44,172 nt of DNA from Candidatus Gottesmanbacteria bacterium. Lineage in GTDB: Bacteria > Patescibacteriota > Microgenomatia > 2-02-FULL-39-11. Positions 29,327-38,793 of this stretch are shown here, one piece after another. Below the pieces are notes generated by a model. That model searched no databases, had not been told where the DNA came from, and was given only the letters and a program-made list of their open reading frames with translations. The stretch is taken from assembly GCA_016186795.1 (NCBI GenBank), contig JACPKY010000002.1, positions 670,771-714,942 on the forward strand. The letters run 5' to 3'. Within the stretch, counting starts at the first letter, position 1; every line of letters starts with the position of its first letter. Made by a program: the position numbers and the translations under genes.

Positions 29327-30281
29327 GGTGAACGTACCATTCTATCACGGTATGTATTCCTTTCGTAAATGATACTTTCGGAATAAATCCTAATGCTATC
29401 ATTTTTGATATATCCGGACATCGTCTCTTCACACTCCCCTGAGGTAACTTCCCTTGCACTATTTTAATTTTTCTCTGAAAATACTGCCCTATAAATTCAG
29501 CAATTTGCCTTACTGTAATTTCTTCTTGGGTACCGATATTATAAATTTCCAGATGATTTGCTTTTTCAATTAATTTTACTATCGCCGCCACTGCATCACT
29601 GATATAGATAAAAGCCCTTCGTTCCTTCCCGGTACCTTGTATAGGAAAAGAAATGAGAGTTTTTTCTTTTCGAAGAAGCGACAGCATTCGAAGAACAAAC
29701 TGTGGAATAACATGTTCTCTTCCCATGTCGGGGCCATATACATTATGCGGGCGAAATATCACCATACGCTGAAAATATTTTTTCCCATAATGAATACCTA
29801 GAAGCTCACTTATTATCTTTCCACCGCTATAAGAAAATCTTGGGTTATAGATATCAGGAATAACAAGGGGAACATTTTCTGGGGTGGGAATGATTGAAGA
29901 CGAATTATAGACTTCAGAACTGGAGGCGGAAAAAAATTCAGGAATATTATGTTTTATACACCCTTTTAAAAGATTCATCATCCCCATGACTGATATTTCC
30001 AATACTTCGTCTGGTCGTGTGTAAAAAAACTCTGTTCCATTAATAGAAGCAAGATGAATAACACAATCAATATTTTGGCAAACTGATAAAACTTTGGACT
30101 CGTCTCGAATATCTGCGTTTACGTATTCAATCTCATGGAAAATTTTTTTTATTCGGTTTTCATTACCGCGCGAATTATTATCCAAAATTCGAACTGAAAA
30201 ACCTTTTTGAACCAAGACCAAAGCAAGATTGCTCCCAATAAATCCAGTACCTCCGGTGATGAGAATTTTTTTCTCCATCAT
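29316..30281 (-). CDS. NAD-dependent nucleotide-sugar epimerase/dehydratase (extended SDR, possibly UDP-glucuronate decarboxylase-like)
   Basis: ITGGTGFIG, SSSEVY, YSGGK and RPHNVYGP motifs; ATG overlaps the upstream TGA. Confidence 0.88.
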   Translation of the reverse strand: MMEKKILITGGTGFIGSNLALVLVQKGFSVRILDNNSRGNENRIKKIFHEIEYVNADIRDESKVLSVCQNIDCVIHLASINGTEFFYTRPDEVLEISVMGMMNLLKGCIKHNIPEFFSASSSEVYNSSSIIPTPENVPLVIPDIYNPRFSYSGGKIISELLGIHYGKKYFQRMVIFRPHNVYGPDMGREHVIPQFVLRMLSLLRKEKTLISFPIQGTGKERRAFIYISDAVAAIVKLIEKANHLEIYNIGTQEEITVRQIAEFIGQYFQRKIKIVQGKLPQGSVKRRCPDISKMIALGFIPKVSFTKGIHTVIEWYVHHEK

Positions 30282-31375
30282 GCTTTTAAAAACTTTTTTA
30301 TTAAATGACAAACAAGTAAGACTTCATCATCGGTCAAGGTAAATGCTGATGGCAACCACACAGCCTGAGGGGATAAACGAGTGCTTTGAGGAAATCTTTG
30401 ATCTGACAGTTTGTATGGAATTTGTGTGTGGATCGGGAACCAAAATTTACGACAATCAATATTGTACTGTAACAGATATTTCACAAGCTTGTCACGTTGA
30501 CGAACCAACGCATCGGTCCATAACGGTATTTCTCCTCCTTCAACGTCACATGAGAATACTTTTATCCCGCCTATATTCGACAGCTGAGTTTTGTATATTT
30601 GATAAATTTCTTTTTGTCGCTTTAGTCTTTTTGATAAAGAGTGCAATTGTCCTAACCCCACAGCTGCTTGGAGGTTCGTAAATTTAAAATTATATCCAAG
30701 ACTATTATGGTGATCGTTACCACCAGTTCCTCCTGTTTTTCTTCCTTGATCTTTCAATTCTTTTAATCTCCAGTAGAGTCTTTCATCGTCGGTAACGACC
30801 ATCCCACCTTGTCCTGTCGTGATCGTCTTATTTGGAGAAAATGAGAAACAACCCAAAGTTCCATACGTTCCAAGAAATCTACCATGGTACATAGAAAGAA
30901 ATGCTTCGCATGCATCCTCGACAATAAAAATGTGGTATTTTTGGGCGATTTTTTTAATAACAGTCATATTTGCTCCACGTCCGCTTATATGAACGGGAAT
31001 AATAGCTCGAGTTTTTTTTGTAATTGCTTTTTCTATACTCTTGGGATCAACTAGTAATGATTCAGGATCAATATCAACCAGTACCGAATTTGCTCCTGTT
31101 AACGAGACGGCATTGGCTGTTGCAATAAATGTAATATCAGGAATAATAACTTCATCACCTGGACCAATTTCAAGAGATGCAAGGGAAAGAAAAAGCGCTA
31201 TGGTTCCACTTGAGGTTGCAACAGCGTATTTACTGTGTAACAACAAAGCGATTTTCCGTTCAAATTTTTCCGTCATATCTCCTTCATTAATAAATCCACT
31301 ATCTAAAACATTCTTTACATAGGAATACTCATGTGGGGTGATCTGGGGTTGCCACCAATGAATGTATTTTTTCAT
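30278..31375 (-). CDS. DegT/DnrJ/EryC1/StrS PLP-dependent sugar aminotransferase
   Basis: SSGTIAL, PGDEVI, EDACEA, FSFSPNKTITTGQGG and GYNFK motifs. Confidence 0.94.
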   Translation of the reverse strand: MKKYIHWWQPQITPHEYSYVKNVLDSGFINEGDMTEKFERKIALLLHSKYAVATSSGTIALFLSLASLEIGPGDEVIIPDITFIATANAVSLTGANSVLVDIDPESLLVDPKSIEKAITKKTRAIIPVHISGRGANMTVIKKIAQKYHIFIVEDACEAFLSMYHGRFLGTYGTLGCFSFSPNKTITTGQGGMVVTDDERLYWRLKELKDQGRKTGGTGGNDHHNSLGYNFKFTNLQAAVGLGQLHSLSKRLKRQKEIYQIYKTQLSNIGGIKVFSCDVEGGEIPLWTDALVRQRDKLVKYLLQYNIDCRKFWFPIHTQIPYKLSDQRFPQSTRLSPQAVWLPSAFTLTDDEVLLVCHLIKKFLKA

Positions 31376-31383
31376 AAATCGTA

Positions 31384-31953
31384 TTACCTTATCGCTTTAT
31401 ACATATAGACATGATCTATGTAATGATTTTTATAATGAATACCTTTTGGTAGTATTCCAAATTCTATAAATCCATGCTTCTTGTACATCTGCCGAGCAAT
31501 CTGATTACATGCAAAAACTCCCAAAGTCACTATCTTGAGCGTTGGTAAAAGTAATTTTGCCTCTTCTAATATAGTACTAAGAAGAATAGTTCCAACACCC
31601 TGTCCTCGAAATTCTTTTGCAACTGAAATCCCTAAAATTCCTTCATGAGAACAAGCTTTTTCTTTCATTTGGATATCGGAAATTCCTATGAGCTTTTTTT
31701 GAGAAAAGGCCAAAAGAAGAATTCCTTTTTTCCTATGGATGTTTCTGATATTTTCTTTAAGGAAATCTCTTTCTTTCTTGAGAGAAATATATTCCCCTTG
31801 AACAAGAACAAACGTTCTTTCACGGGAGAGACTGTTTATATATTGATGGGTAGAGGAAGCATCATGATGATCAGGATACCGAATAATAAGAGGTAAATTA
31901 TTCTCTATTTTCCCTTCAAAAACAATTTTTTTCCTTAGTGGATTACTCTTCAC
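31384..31953 (-). CDS. GNAT family N-acetyltransferase
   Basis: GISVAKEFRGQGVG (motif A) and NQIARQMYKKHGF; GTG at 31953 has SD GGGGAG 9 nt upstream (ORF track start is 31977). Confidence 0.88.
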   Translation of the reverse strand: MKSNPLRKKIVFEGKIENNLPLIIRYPDHHDASSTHQYINSLSRERTFVLVQGEYISLKKERDFLKENIRNIHRKKGILLLAFSQKKLIGISDIQMKEKACSHEGILGISVAKEFRGQGVGTILLSTILEEAKLLLPTLKIVTLGVFACNQIARQMYKKHGFIEFGILPKGIHYKNHYIDHVYMYKAIR

Positions 31954-33160
31954 TTTTGACAACTCCCCATAAATCAATCAACACCGCTTTTTTAGGAATC
32001 ACTAGATTTTTGTATTGCCGATGTGGGACTCCAATAATGACTATGTTTGAATGTTTTAATAATTTTTCTTTGGTAACAAACGTTGAATCTTTCACATATT
32101 CATCTGAATACAAAACGTTTGCTCCATGAAACCGCAATATTTTTCCTAATTTATATGATAAAGAATCCCGTGAATCATCACTATCTGCCTTGAAGGCCAT
32201 TCCTAAGATACCAACTATTATTTTTTTTAGGTCATAGTTTTCTCTCAACTTTTCAACGATGTAATTTGGTAAACCCTCATTTACCATTACTGCTACATTT
32301 CCTAACGTAAAATTATTGGTATTAAATGCCGCAAGTTGAAGGGTATCTTTAAGTAAACATGGCCCTGCCGCAAACCCTGCAGTTGGCAGACTTGATGCCC
32401 GACCATACCCTTTTACCATTGCCTTCCTTACTTTATTGAAATCCACTTCGAATTCATTTGCTATCATATAGAACTGATTAGCAACTGCAAACTGAATATA
32501 CCTCCATGCATTGGAGAATAATTTTGCAAGTTCCGCCTCATCAATTGTCACTTTCACAATTGACGGAGAAATTTTTTTAAAAAGATAAGAAGCATCACGA
32601 ATAGACTTTTGTGTTAGTCCAGCAATAATTTGAGGCAGTTGTGATAATTCTATCAAGGCTTTACCCTGAACAATACGCTCCGGACAATACGCAATATGCC
32701 ATTTTCCCTTTCGTTTTGAAGACAAAAAAGTAGAAATTTGAATACACGTTCGAGGATAAACGGTACTTCGAATAATAATACATTGATGATTATCAAGAAA
32801 AGGTTGGAGATCTTTAAACAAGTCTGTTAATGCTTTCAAATTTGGATTTAAATGATCATCTACGGGAGTTCCAATGGCAATAATAATATATTTTGCTTTT
32901 GCAATTGACTGTAACCTATTTGAAAGCCATAATGATTTATTGAGAACTTTCTTTAATATTTTATCCGCACCAGTTTCTGCAAATGGAAGTTTTCCCTGTG
33001 CTATTTTTTCTAAGGTGTTTTGATTGGTATCGTATAAAGTAACTTGTAAATTCTTATTTGCAAAAGCAAGTCCCAAAGGAAAACCTACATGACCTCCTCC
33101 TCCCACTATACAGATATCAACTTTCCCGGCAGGTAATTGAAAAGGGGATGAGTCTGTCAT
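31943..33160 (-). CDS. UDP-glucose/GDP-mannose/UDP-ManNAc dehydrogenase family protein
   Basis: GGGGHVG, IGTP, RSTVYP, PERI, AELAKLFSN, GPCLLKD and LGMAFK motifs; ATG at 33160 in an ATGA overlap. Confidence 0.93.
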   Translation of the reverse strand: MTDSSPFQLPAGKVDICIVGGGGHVGFPLGLAFANKNLQVTLYDTNQNTLEKIAQGKLPFAETGADKILKKVLNKSLWLSNRLQSIAKAKYIIIAIGTPVDDHLNPNLKALTDLFKDLQPFLDNHQCIIIRSTVYPRTCIQISTFLSSKRKGKWHIAYCPERIVQGKALIELSQLPQIIAGLTQKSIRDASYLFKKISPSIVKVTIDEAELAKLFSNAWRYIQFAVANQFYMIANEFEVDFNKVRKAMVKGYGRASSLPTAGFAAGPCLLKDTLQLAAFNTNNFTLGNVAVMVNEGLPNYIVEKLRENYDLKKIIVGILGMAFKADSDDSRDSLSYKLGKILRFHGANVLYSDEYVKDSTFVTKEKLLKHSNIVIIGVPHRQYKNLVIPKKAVLIDLWGVVKSEE

Positions 33161-34020
33161 TTCGTTCCTATAAGAAGATCTTGATAATCCCATGTCTTTT
33201 TTCTGCTACTCCAAGAACCATAATGAATGAAGGGTCTTTTTTTAAAGCCTGATCTTTTCAGAACTTCTCCGATAAAATCTTCATTATATGCAATAGCACA
33301 TTCAGGATTCGTTGGATCCAACAGTCGAAAGTCGGAATATTTCGTAGGAAATACTATCGCTGTTCTCTTATGAGAAAGCGATGAAAGAGAATACTTATTC
33401 AGAAGAAAAAAGGTCAGAAAACATTTCCCTCCTTTTTTTAAAACTCTGAAAATTTCTCTCACATAGTTTTCTACATCTTTTGGCACCATATGAGTAAATA
33501 CTGAAAGTAGAATCACAAAATCAAACGTACTATTTTTATATGGGAAGCGAAAACGATGGGCCCTTACTCTCCCACCAGGATTATAGATTTTATTAAACAC
33601 ATCAACAACGGAGAAATTGAAATTTTCCCTTAACGGTTTAATGTTATTCATACACCAATTTATTTCCTCCCTATTCACATCCATTCCTTGATACAAAGCG
33701 TCGCTACTTAGAAAGGATAGAAGTTGCGAAGCCATCTGACCGCAACCGCATCCAATCTCTAAAATATGAGCATTTTTTTTGGGACGACAAAATTTTAGAA
33801 AGAACCGAAACCGAGAGTATCCCTTTCCCCGATAATACCTTGGACTCCAATAATCTCCTGCTTTTAACCGAATGGACATAGGCGGAGTTAATGAATGATT
33901 TTTCCTTAATAAGACGTCCAATAAATCCTCGCTCATACCTTGGGAAAAAGCTATTACATTTTGTAATCGCAATGGAAATTCTTTCACAAAATAGATGTAA
34001 TACTCTTGTAATGTTTTCAT
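33157..34020 (-). CDS. Class I SAM-dependent methyltransferase
   Basis: ILEIGCGCG, FDFVILLSVFTH and RVLKKGG motifs. Confidence 0.9.
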   Translation of the reverse strand: MKTLQEYYIYFVKEFPLRLQNVIAFSQGMSEDLLDVLLRKNHSLTPPMSIRLKAGDYWSPRYYRGKGYSRFRFFLKFCRPKKNAHILEIGCGCGQMASQLLSFLSSDALYQGMDVNREEINWCMNNIKPLRENFNFSVVDVFNKIYNPGGRVRAHRFRFPYKNSTFDFVILLSVFTHMVPKDVENYVREIFRVLKKGGKCFLTFFLLNKYSLSSLSHKRTAIVFPTKYSDFRLLDPTNPECAIAYNEDFIGEVLKRSGFKKRPFIHYGSWSSRKKTWDYQDLLIGTK

Positions 34021-34934
34021 CTTTGTATCGTTATAGAAGCGAATTTATTCAATACGTAATAATTTACGTATTCTTTTTGTATGATTGGCGTTACAACTTT
34101 TCTTTTTCCAAGAGGAATAGAAATTGTACAAATACCTACAAAATAACCCGCGGTCCCATAGAAAAAAGGGGCAAGCGACCCTTTTTTAAAAGGAAGGAAA
34201 AAAAGTGTCATCATATCTCTTATAAGAAGTAGCGGAATATACCAGAGAGAAAAATGTTTTATTGTTAACCAAACAAAATTTCTAAACATTAGATAATACA
34301 TGAGTTTCCGAACTTTCGACCAATTATCGAAATGACGTATTTTAATCAGAGGATCAAATATTGCAAAATAACCGGCATTTCTGATTCTTATGAATAAATC
34401 ATCCTCATGCATCCAACAGAAAAATTTTCCATCGTAGTAACCGCTTTTTGAAAATATTTCCCTTTTAAAAAGAGTCCCTCCAATTGTCTGATTATAAAGT
34501 GCTCGAGTAGGATTTTTGAGATAATCCTCATGATAATATTGACCAGTTTTGGGATTATAACTGTTACAGCCGACAACACCTATTCGCTTTGGTAATGTTC
34601 TCAATCTTGTATGGGCTACTTCCAAGGTATCTGGCAATATAGATGCATCGTCATCAAGGGCAAGAATATATTTACCAGTACTTTGCATAAACCCTCTACT
34701 GAAACCTTCTATTCCTCTATTCGATTTCATATCAATATAAATCGCGGTGGGAAATTCTTGACGGATTCTTTTTTCTTTTTTGGGAGTGGAACCATTATCC
34801 ACCACGATAACTTCAAAGCTTTTTGACGTTGATTTCATTACTGAATCTAGACAACGGAAAATTGCCGCATTCCTTCCTGGGGATGAAAGAATGATAATAC
34901 TAAAGAATGGCTTTCTATTGATATTAGTGATCAT
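34017..34934 (-). CDS. Glycosyltransferase family 2
   Basis: VIVVDNGS, YILALDDD and HEDDL motifs. Confidence 0.9.
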   Translation of the reverse strand: MITNINRKPFFSIIILSSPGRNAAIFRCLDSVMKSTSKSFEVIVVDNGSTPKKEKRIRQEFPTAIYIDMKSNRGIEGFSRGFMQSTGKYILALDDDASILPDTLEVAHTRLRTLPKRIGVVGCNSYNPKTGQYYHEDYLKNPTRALYNQTIGGTLFKREIFSKSGYYDGKFFCWMHEDDLFIRIRNAGYFAIFDPLIKIRHFDNWSKVRKLMYYLMFRNFVWLTIKHFSLWYIPLLLIRDMMTLFFLPFKKGSLAPFFYGTAGYFVGICTISIPLGKRKVVTPIIQKEYVNYYVLNKFASITIQR

Positions 34935-34936
34935 TT

Positions 34937-35923
34937 TTATCTGCCAAATCTTAATTTGAGACTCCCGTGGTAAAGAAGTGGCAAGATCTGACTATCGTTA
35001 ATTTTTCGTATTCGTTGAATATAAATCCGTTTCTTTAGGGTATCGACTAAATAAAAACCATTCCATCCTATTGCACGAATAATTGCAATACAAAGGTCGA
35101 AACGGAATTTACGAACGTGATAGCCCATTTCAGCGCCAAGAATACATATATAAAACGGCAAATATATACAAAGTGATTTTAGACTATAATTTTTTAGCAT
35201 TGTTCTTAAGCAATTTCTTTCACTCCAATATCGTTTTTGAGCTCTATTATAGGTCTTTCCCAATGTTGCATGCCCAAGATGAGACACGTACGATCCTGCA
35301 TGATAGCAAACTGTATACCCTAATAATCGTACTCGCCATGACAGATCAATATCGTCATGTAAAGCAAAATATTTTTCGTCAAATCCGCCCAATGTCTTAA
35401 AGATCTCTGCTCGTACCATAATTGAATTCCCATATACACAGAACACTTCCTCCTCACGAGGGATCTCCTTTCTCTTCTTTCCGTAATGGAGTGGCCAGGT
35501 AAAACCAATAACGTCCATTTCAGCTCCTGCATTCTCAACAAATTCCTCCTTTTGAGTTCGGTTCGCCGTCAAAGAAACTGAAGTACCAAGTCCTACTTTG
35601 CCATTTTTTTTAAATGCTTCTTCGAGAACTTTTATACAATTTTTATCCATTCGAACGTCGTTACTCTGAAATAAGAATAACTCACCAGTAGCATACTTTG
35701 AAGCGATATTTAAACCCAAAACAGCTCCCGTATTGTAAGAATCTTCTTTTATTATTCGAACGTTAGGATACTTTTTCCTTACAAAATCAAAACTTCCATC
35801 CACTGAACAGTTATCAAAGAGTATTATTTCATCCGGAGACCGTGTTTGAATATTTACTGAATCGAAGTAGTCCTTTAGAAGATGTTTACCATTATAGTTC
35901 AGGACAATAAGGGAGATTTTCAT
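34937..35923 (-). CDS. Glycosyltransferase family 2 (WbbL/rhamnosyltransferase-like)
   Basis: MKISLIVLNYNG start at 35923; DNCSVDGS and GGFDEKYFALHDDIDLSWR motifs. Confidence 0.9.
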   Translation of the reverse strand: MKISLIVLNYNGKHLLKDYFDSVNIQTRSPDEIILFDNCSVDGSFDFVRKKYPNVRIIKEDSYNTGAVLGLNIASKYATGELFLFQSNDVRMDKNCIKVLEEAFKKNGKVGLGTSVSLTANRTQKEEFVENAGAEMDVIGFTWPLHYGKKRKEIPREEEVFCVYGNSIMVRAEIFKTLGGFDEKYFALHDDIDLSWRVRLLGYTVCYHAGSYVSHLGHATLGKTYNRAQKRYWSERNCLRTMLKNYSLKSLCIYLPFYICILGAEMGYHVRKFRFDLCIAIIRAIGWNGFYLVDTLKKRIYIQRIRKINDSQILPLLYHGSLKLRFGR

Positions 35924-35935
35924 TTTGTCTTGCTG

Positions 35936-35941
35936 ATTATA
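35936..35941 (-). promoter_or_regulatory. -10 box for the leftward glycan operon (near-leaderless)
   Basis: TATAAT on the minus strand, 12 nt upstream of the ATG at 35923. Confidence 0.5.
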
Positions 35942-35977
35942 TATCTTTCGATACGGCATTTCTAAATGAATTAGCCA

Positions 35978-35986
35978 TGATATAAT
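35978..35986 (+). promoter_or_regulatory. Extended -10 promoter for the rightward glycan operon
   Basis: TGaTATAAT, 19 nt upstream of the ATG at 36006. Confidence 0.65.
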
Positions 35987-36005
35987 CTCAACGGTTTTCT
36001 CTTCC

Positions 36006-36797
36006 ATGAAAAAGTCTCATTTGATTAGTCTCATCGTCCCAATCTACAAACAAGAAAAAACCATTCTAGCAAGTATTAATGGACTTAAGTCCGTACTTGA
36101 TACAATCCGATATTACTATGAAATCATCGTGGTTATCGATGGAATTGTTGATAGATCGTATAAGAAAATTTCCACAGCAAAAATTCCACATATTATATGT
36201 ATTGCCTACCAGAAACATCAAGGAAAATCATTTGCTTTAAGAATGGGCATGCGAATGGCAAAAGGAAAATATATCATGTTTATCGATGGAGACTTGGATG
36301 TCGATCCAAATAGCATCTCAATACTTTTGGAATATATGGAATGGCATAGCGCAGATATCATTGTAGGGTCAAAAAGGCATCCCGCTTCAAAAATCTCATA
36401 TCCACTTTCAAGAAAAATCTTAAGTATCGGTTATTATCTTATTGTAAAGATACTTTTTAACGTACGGATACATGACACCCAAGCAGGTATTAAGGTTTTT
36501 AAACGGAATGTTCTTAAAACCGTTCTCCCCTACCTTGTTGAAAAAAAATTTGCGGGTGATCTGGAAATGCTTGTTGTTGCTGACTCCTTAGGATTTATCA
36601 AAATTTACGAAGCCCCGATAAAAATACAATACACGGCAGGATCAATAACGTCGGCTGCAACTCTTCGATCTATCTTTGGAATTCTTCTCGATACGTTTGC
36701 AATATTTTACCGATTAAAGATTACTCATTTCTATGATAAGCCCCATCGAAGCATATATTTGTCAACACCCTTATCAACTCTTTTGCACAATCGATAA
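36006..36797 (+). CDS. GT2, polyprenol/dolichyl-phosphate glycosyltransferase-like (DPM1/ALG5 type)
   Basis: EIIVVIDG, HQGKSFAL, FIDGDLD, DIIVGSK, DTQAGIKVF and FAGDLEML motifs. Confidence 0.85.
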   Translation: MKKSHLISLIVPIYKQEKTILASINGLKSVLDTIRYYYEIIVVIDGIVDRSYKKISTAKIPHIICIAYQKHQGKSFALRMGMRMAKGKYIMFIDGDLDVDPNSISILLEYMEWHSADIIVGSKRHPASKISYPLSRKILSIGYYLIVKILFNVRIHDTQAGIKVFKRNVLKTVLPYLVEKKFAGDLEMLVVADSLGFIKIYEAPIKIQYTAGSITSAATLRSIFGILLDTFAIFYRLKITHFYDKPHRSIYLSTPLSTLLHNR

Positions 36798-37769
36798 ATG
36801 ATTCAGCGTACCTTCGGTATCATAATTCCGGTAGAGAAAATATCACCTGGACTTTCAAAAACAATACGATCACTCGTTGCACAGACCCAGGAAAATTTCC
36901 ATATATACCTTATACTTACGACTCTTTCTCAAAAAGCTATTCCAAAAACAACAGTTGTTACCCTTCCCCAGTCCAAAAATAATCCTGCGTTAAAAAGAAA
37001 TTATGGCTTGAGTCTTTCTCAACATCAATATCTCCTATTTCTTGACGATGATATAATTCTTCCTCCTTATTGGCTAGAAGAGGCTTTGAAGAATTTAAAA
37101 CAAAAAAATGTTAGTGCTGCCGTTGGACCACTTCTGACTTCACCCGATAGTTCAATTTGGAAACAGATAAGTGGATATATTTGGGAAAGCAAGCTCATGA
37201 GTTTACGTTTCTCACCACAAAAAACAAATTATCAACAAATTACCAATGTTTATGATTATCCATGTGCGGCTCTTGCTATAAAAACATCTGATTTTATTGC
37301 CTGTGGTGGATTTAATGAAAATTTGTACCCAGGTGAGGATACAAAGCTATGCCTTGATATAACGGAAAAACTCAAAAAAAAAATCCTCTATGATCCATCA
37401 CTTATTGCTTTTCACGACCGAAAAGCTTTCCCTATGAAATTTTTACGTCAAATCTCTACATATGCCACTCAGAGAGGGGTATTTGTCCGAAAATACCCAC
37501 AAACTTCCCTTCATCCAATATATTTCCTCCCTCTCTTATTCTCGCTGTATGTTTTTTCATCAGCTTTTTTTTTATTTTTAGGAATGTATAAAATCTATAT
37601 GATCATTCCTCTTCTTTTATATATTATTCTTCTCACTATCGATTTTTTGCATACGTATGCACGGTCAAAAAACATATTTGTCTCAATAACAACGTGTGGA
37701 GGAATCATTATAAGTCATTTTATTTACGGAATATTCTTCTTACGAGGATTAATTAAAAGGGGTGAGTAA
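36798..37769 (+). CDS. Glycosyltransferase family 2 with C-terminal membrane helices
   Basis: PALKRNYG, LFLDDD and GGFNENLYPGED motifs; hydrophobic C-terminus. Confidence 0.88.
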   Translation: MIQRTFGIIIPVEKISPGLSKTIRSLVAQTQENFHIYLILTTLSQKAIPKTTVVTLPQSKNNPALKRNYGLSLSQHQYLLFLDDDIILPPYWLEEALKNLKQKNVSAAVGPLLTSPDSSIWKQISGYIWESKLMSLRFSPQKTNYQQITNVYDYPCAALAIKTSDFIACGGFNENLYPGEDTKLCLDITEKLKKKILYDPSLIAFHDRKAFPMKFLRQISTYATQRGVFVRKYPQTSLHPIYFLPLLFSLYVFSSAFFLFLGMYKIYMIIPLLLYIILLTIDFLHTYARSKNIFVSITTCGGIIISHFIYGIFFLRGLIKRGE

Positions 37770-38788
37770 TGAAGCCAATTTCAATATCAGTTTGCATTCC
37801 AGTCTTCCAGGGATCAACCGTATTAAAAGATGCACTTCAAAGCATTATAAATCAAACAGTATCACCAGTTGAAATTCTCATTCTTGATGATAACTTTCTT
37901 GCAGATAAACAAGAAATTCTAAAAACAGAAAAAATTATCTCTTCATTTGCGGATAAAAGGATTCATTATTATAAAAGTAGGAATAACCATGGATCAGCAA
38001 AGACTATCAAAAAGCTTGCAAATTTAGCTAAGAACGAAATTCTCTTTTTTCTTTGCCAGGATGACATCTTAGCTTCTGGAACACTTTTAAAAATCCAAGA
38101 AGTCTTTCAAGAATATCCATCTGTCGGTGTTCTAACGCGACCATTTTTCTGGTTCGAAGAAAATGTAAAAAGGCCAATTCGCGTTGTGACACCATATGAT
38201 TCAAATCAAAACACAATTCTCACACTTTTTGACGGCAAAAGAGCTATTGAAAAAATTTTTGAATCAGTTGGTCAGATATCGGGACTTGCATACCGAAAGA
38301 AATATATTGATTTTCCTTTTATAAATGATACATTCACCGGACATATTTATCCTTTCGCTTCGGTACTGAAGAAATACAAGTGTATGTTTCTGAAAGATTA
38401 TACTGTTGCTGTAAGAGTCCGTACCAGCCAAACGAGGCATGTATCAGAAATCTATAGTAAATCTCCGACTCTCTCATGGGTAGAAATGTTCCAGACAGTA
38501 TTCTCTGAAAAACAATTTGAACATGTTCGAACTATGGGAACAAAGCAGATAACGAAACACTATGTTGGACTCATACAATTAAAAAATTATGCCAACTCCA
38601 GTATCTTAAGGAAGGAAATTACCATTCTGGTAAAATCCCGATGGCAAAATATCTTCTCTCCGAGATTTTGGTTTTATGTACTTATCACAAGTATTATTCC
38701 AGCTTTTCTTCTTCGAAAAATGACTGATGTTTATAAAAGAAATATTGTCTCCAAAACAGTAAATACTATTTATTTTCCAAAACCCTAA
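37769..38788 (+). CDS. Glycosyltransferase family 2
   Basis: ISVCIPVF, SIINQT, EILILDD and FLCQDD motifs. Confidence 0.87.
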   Translation: MKPISISVCIPVFQGSTVLKDALQSIINQTVSPVEILILDDNFLADKQEILKTEKIISSFADKRIHYYKSRNNHGSAKTIKKLANLAKNEILFFLCQDDILASGTLLKIQEVFQEYPSVGVLTRPFFWFEENVKRPIRVVTPYDSNQNTILTLFDGKRAIEKIFESVGQISGLAYRKKYIDFPFINDTFTGHIYPFASVLKKYKCMFLKDYTVAVRVRTSQTRHVSEIYSKSPTLSWVEMFQTVFSEKQFEHVRTMGTKQITKHYVGLIQLKNYANSSILRKEITILVKSRWQNIFSPRFWFYVLITSIIPAFLLRKMTDVYKRNIVSKTVNTIYFPKP

Positions 38789-38793
38789 TCGTA

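Noticed and set aside
36005-36008. Divergent ORFs whose start codons overlap in a CATG palindrome
   Set aside because: The minus-strand GT2 domain begins at ATG 35923. The extension to 36007 crosses the promoter region and is probably a longest-ORF artefact.
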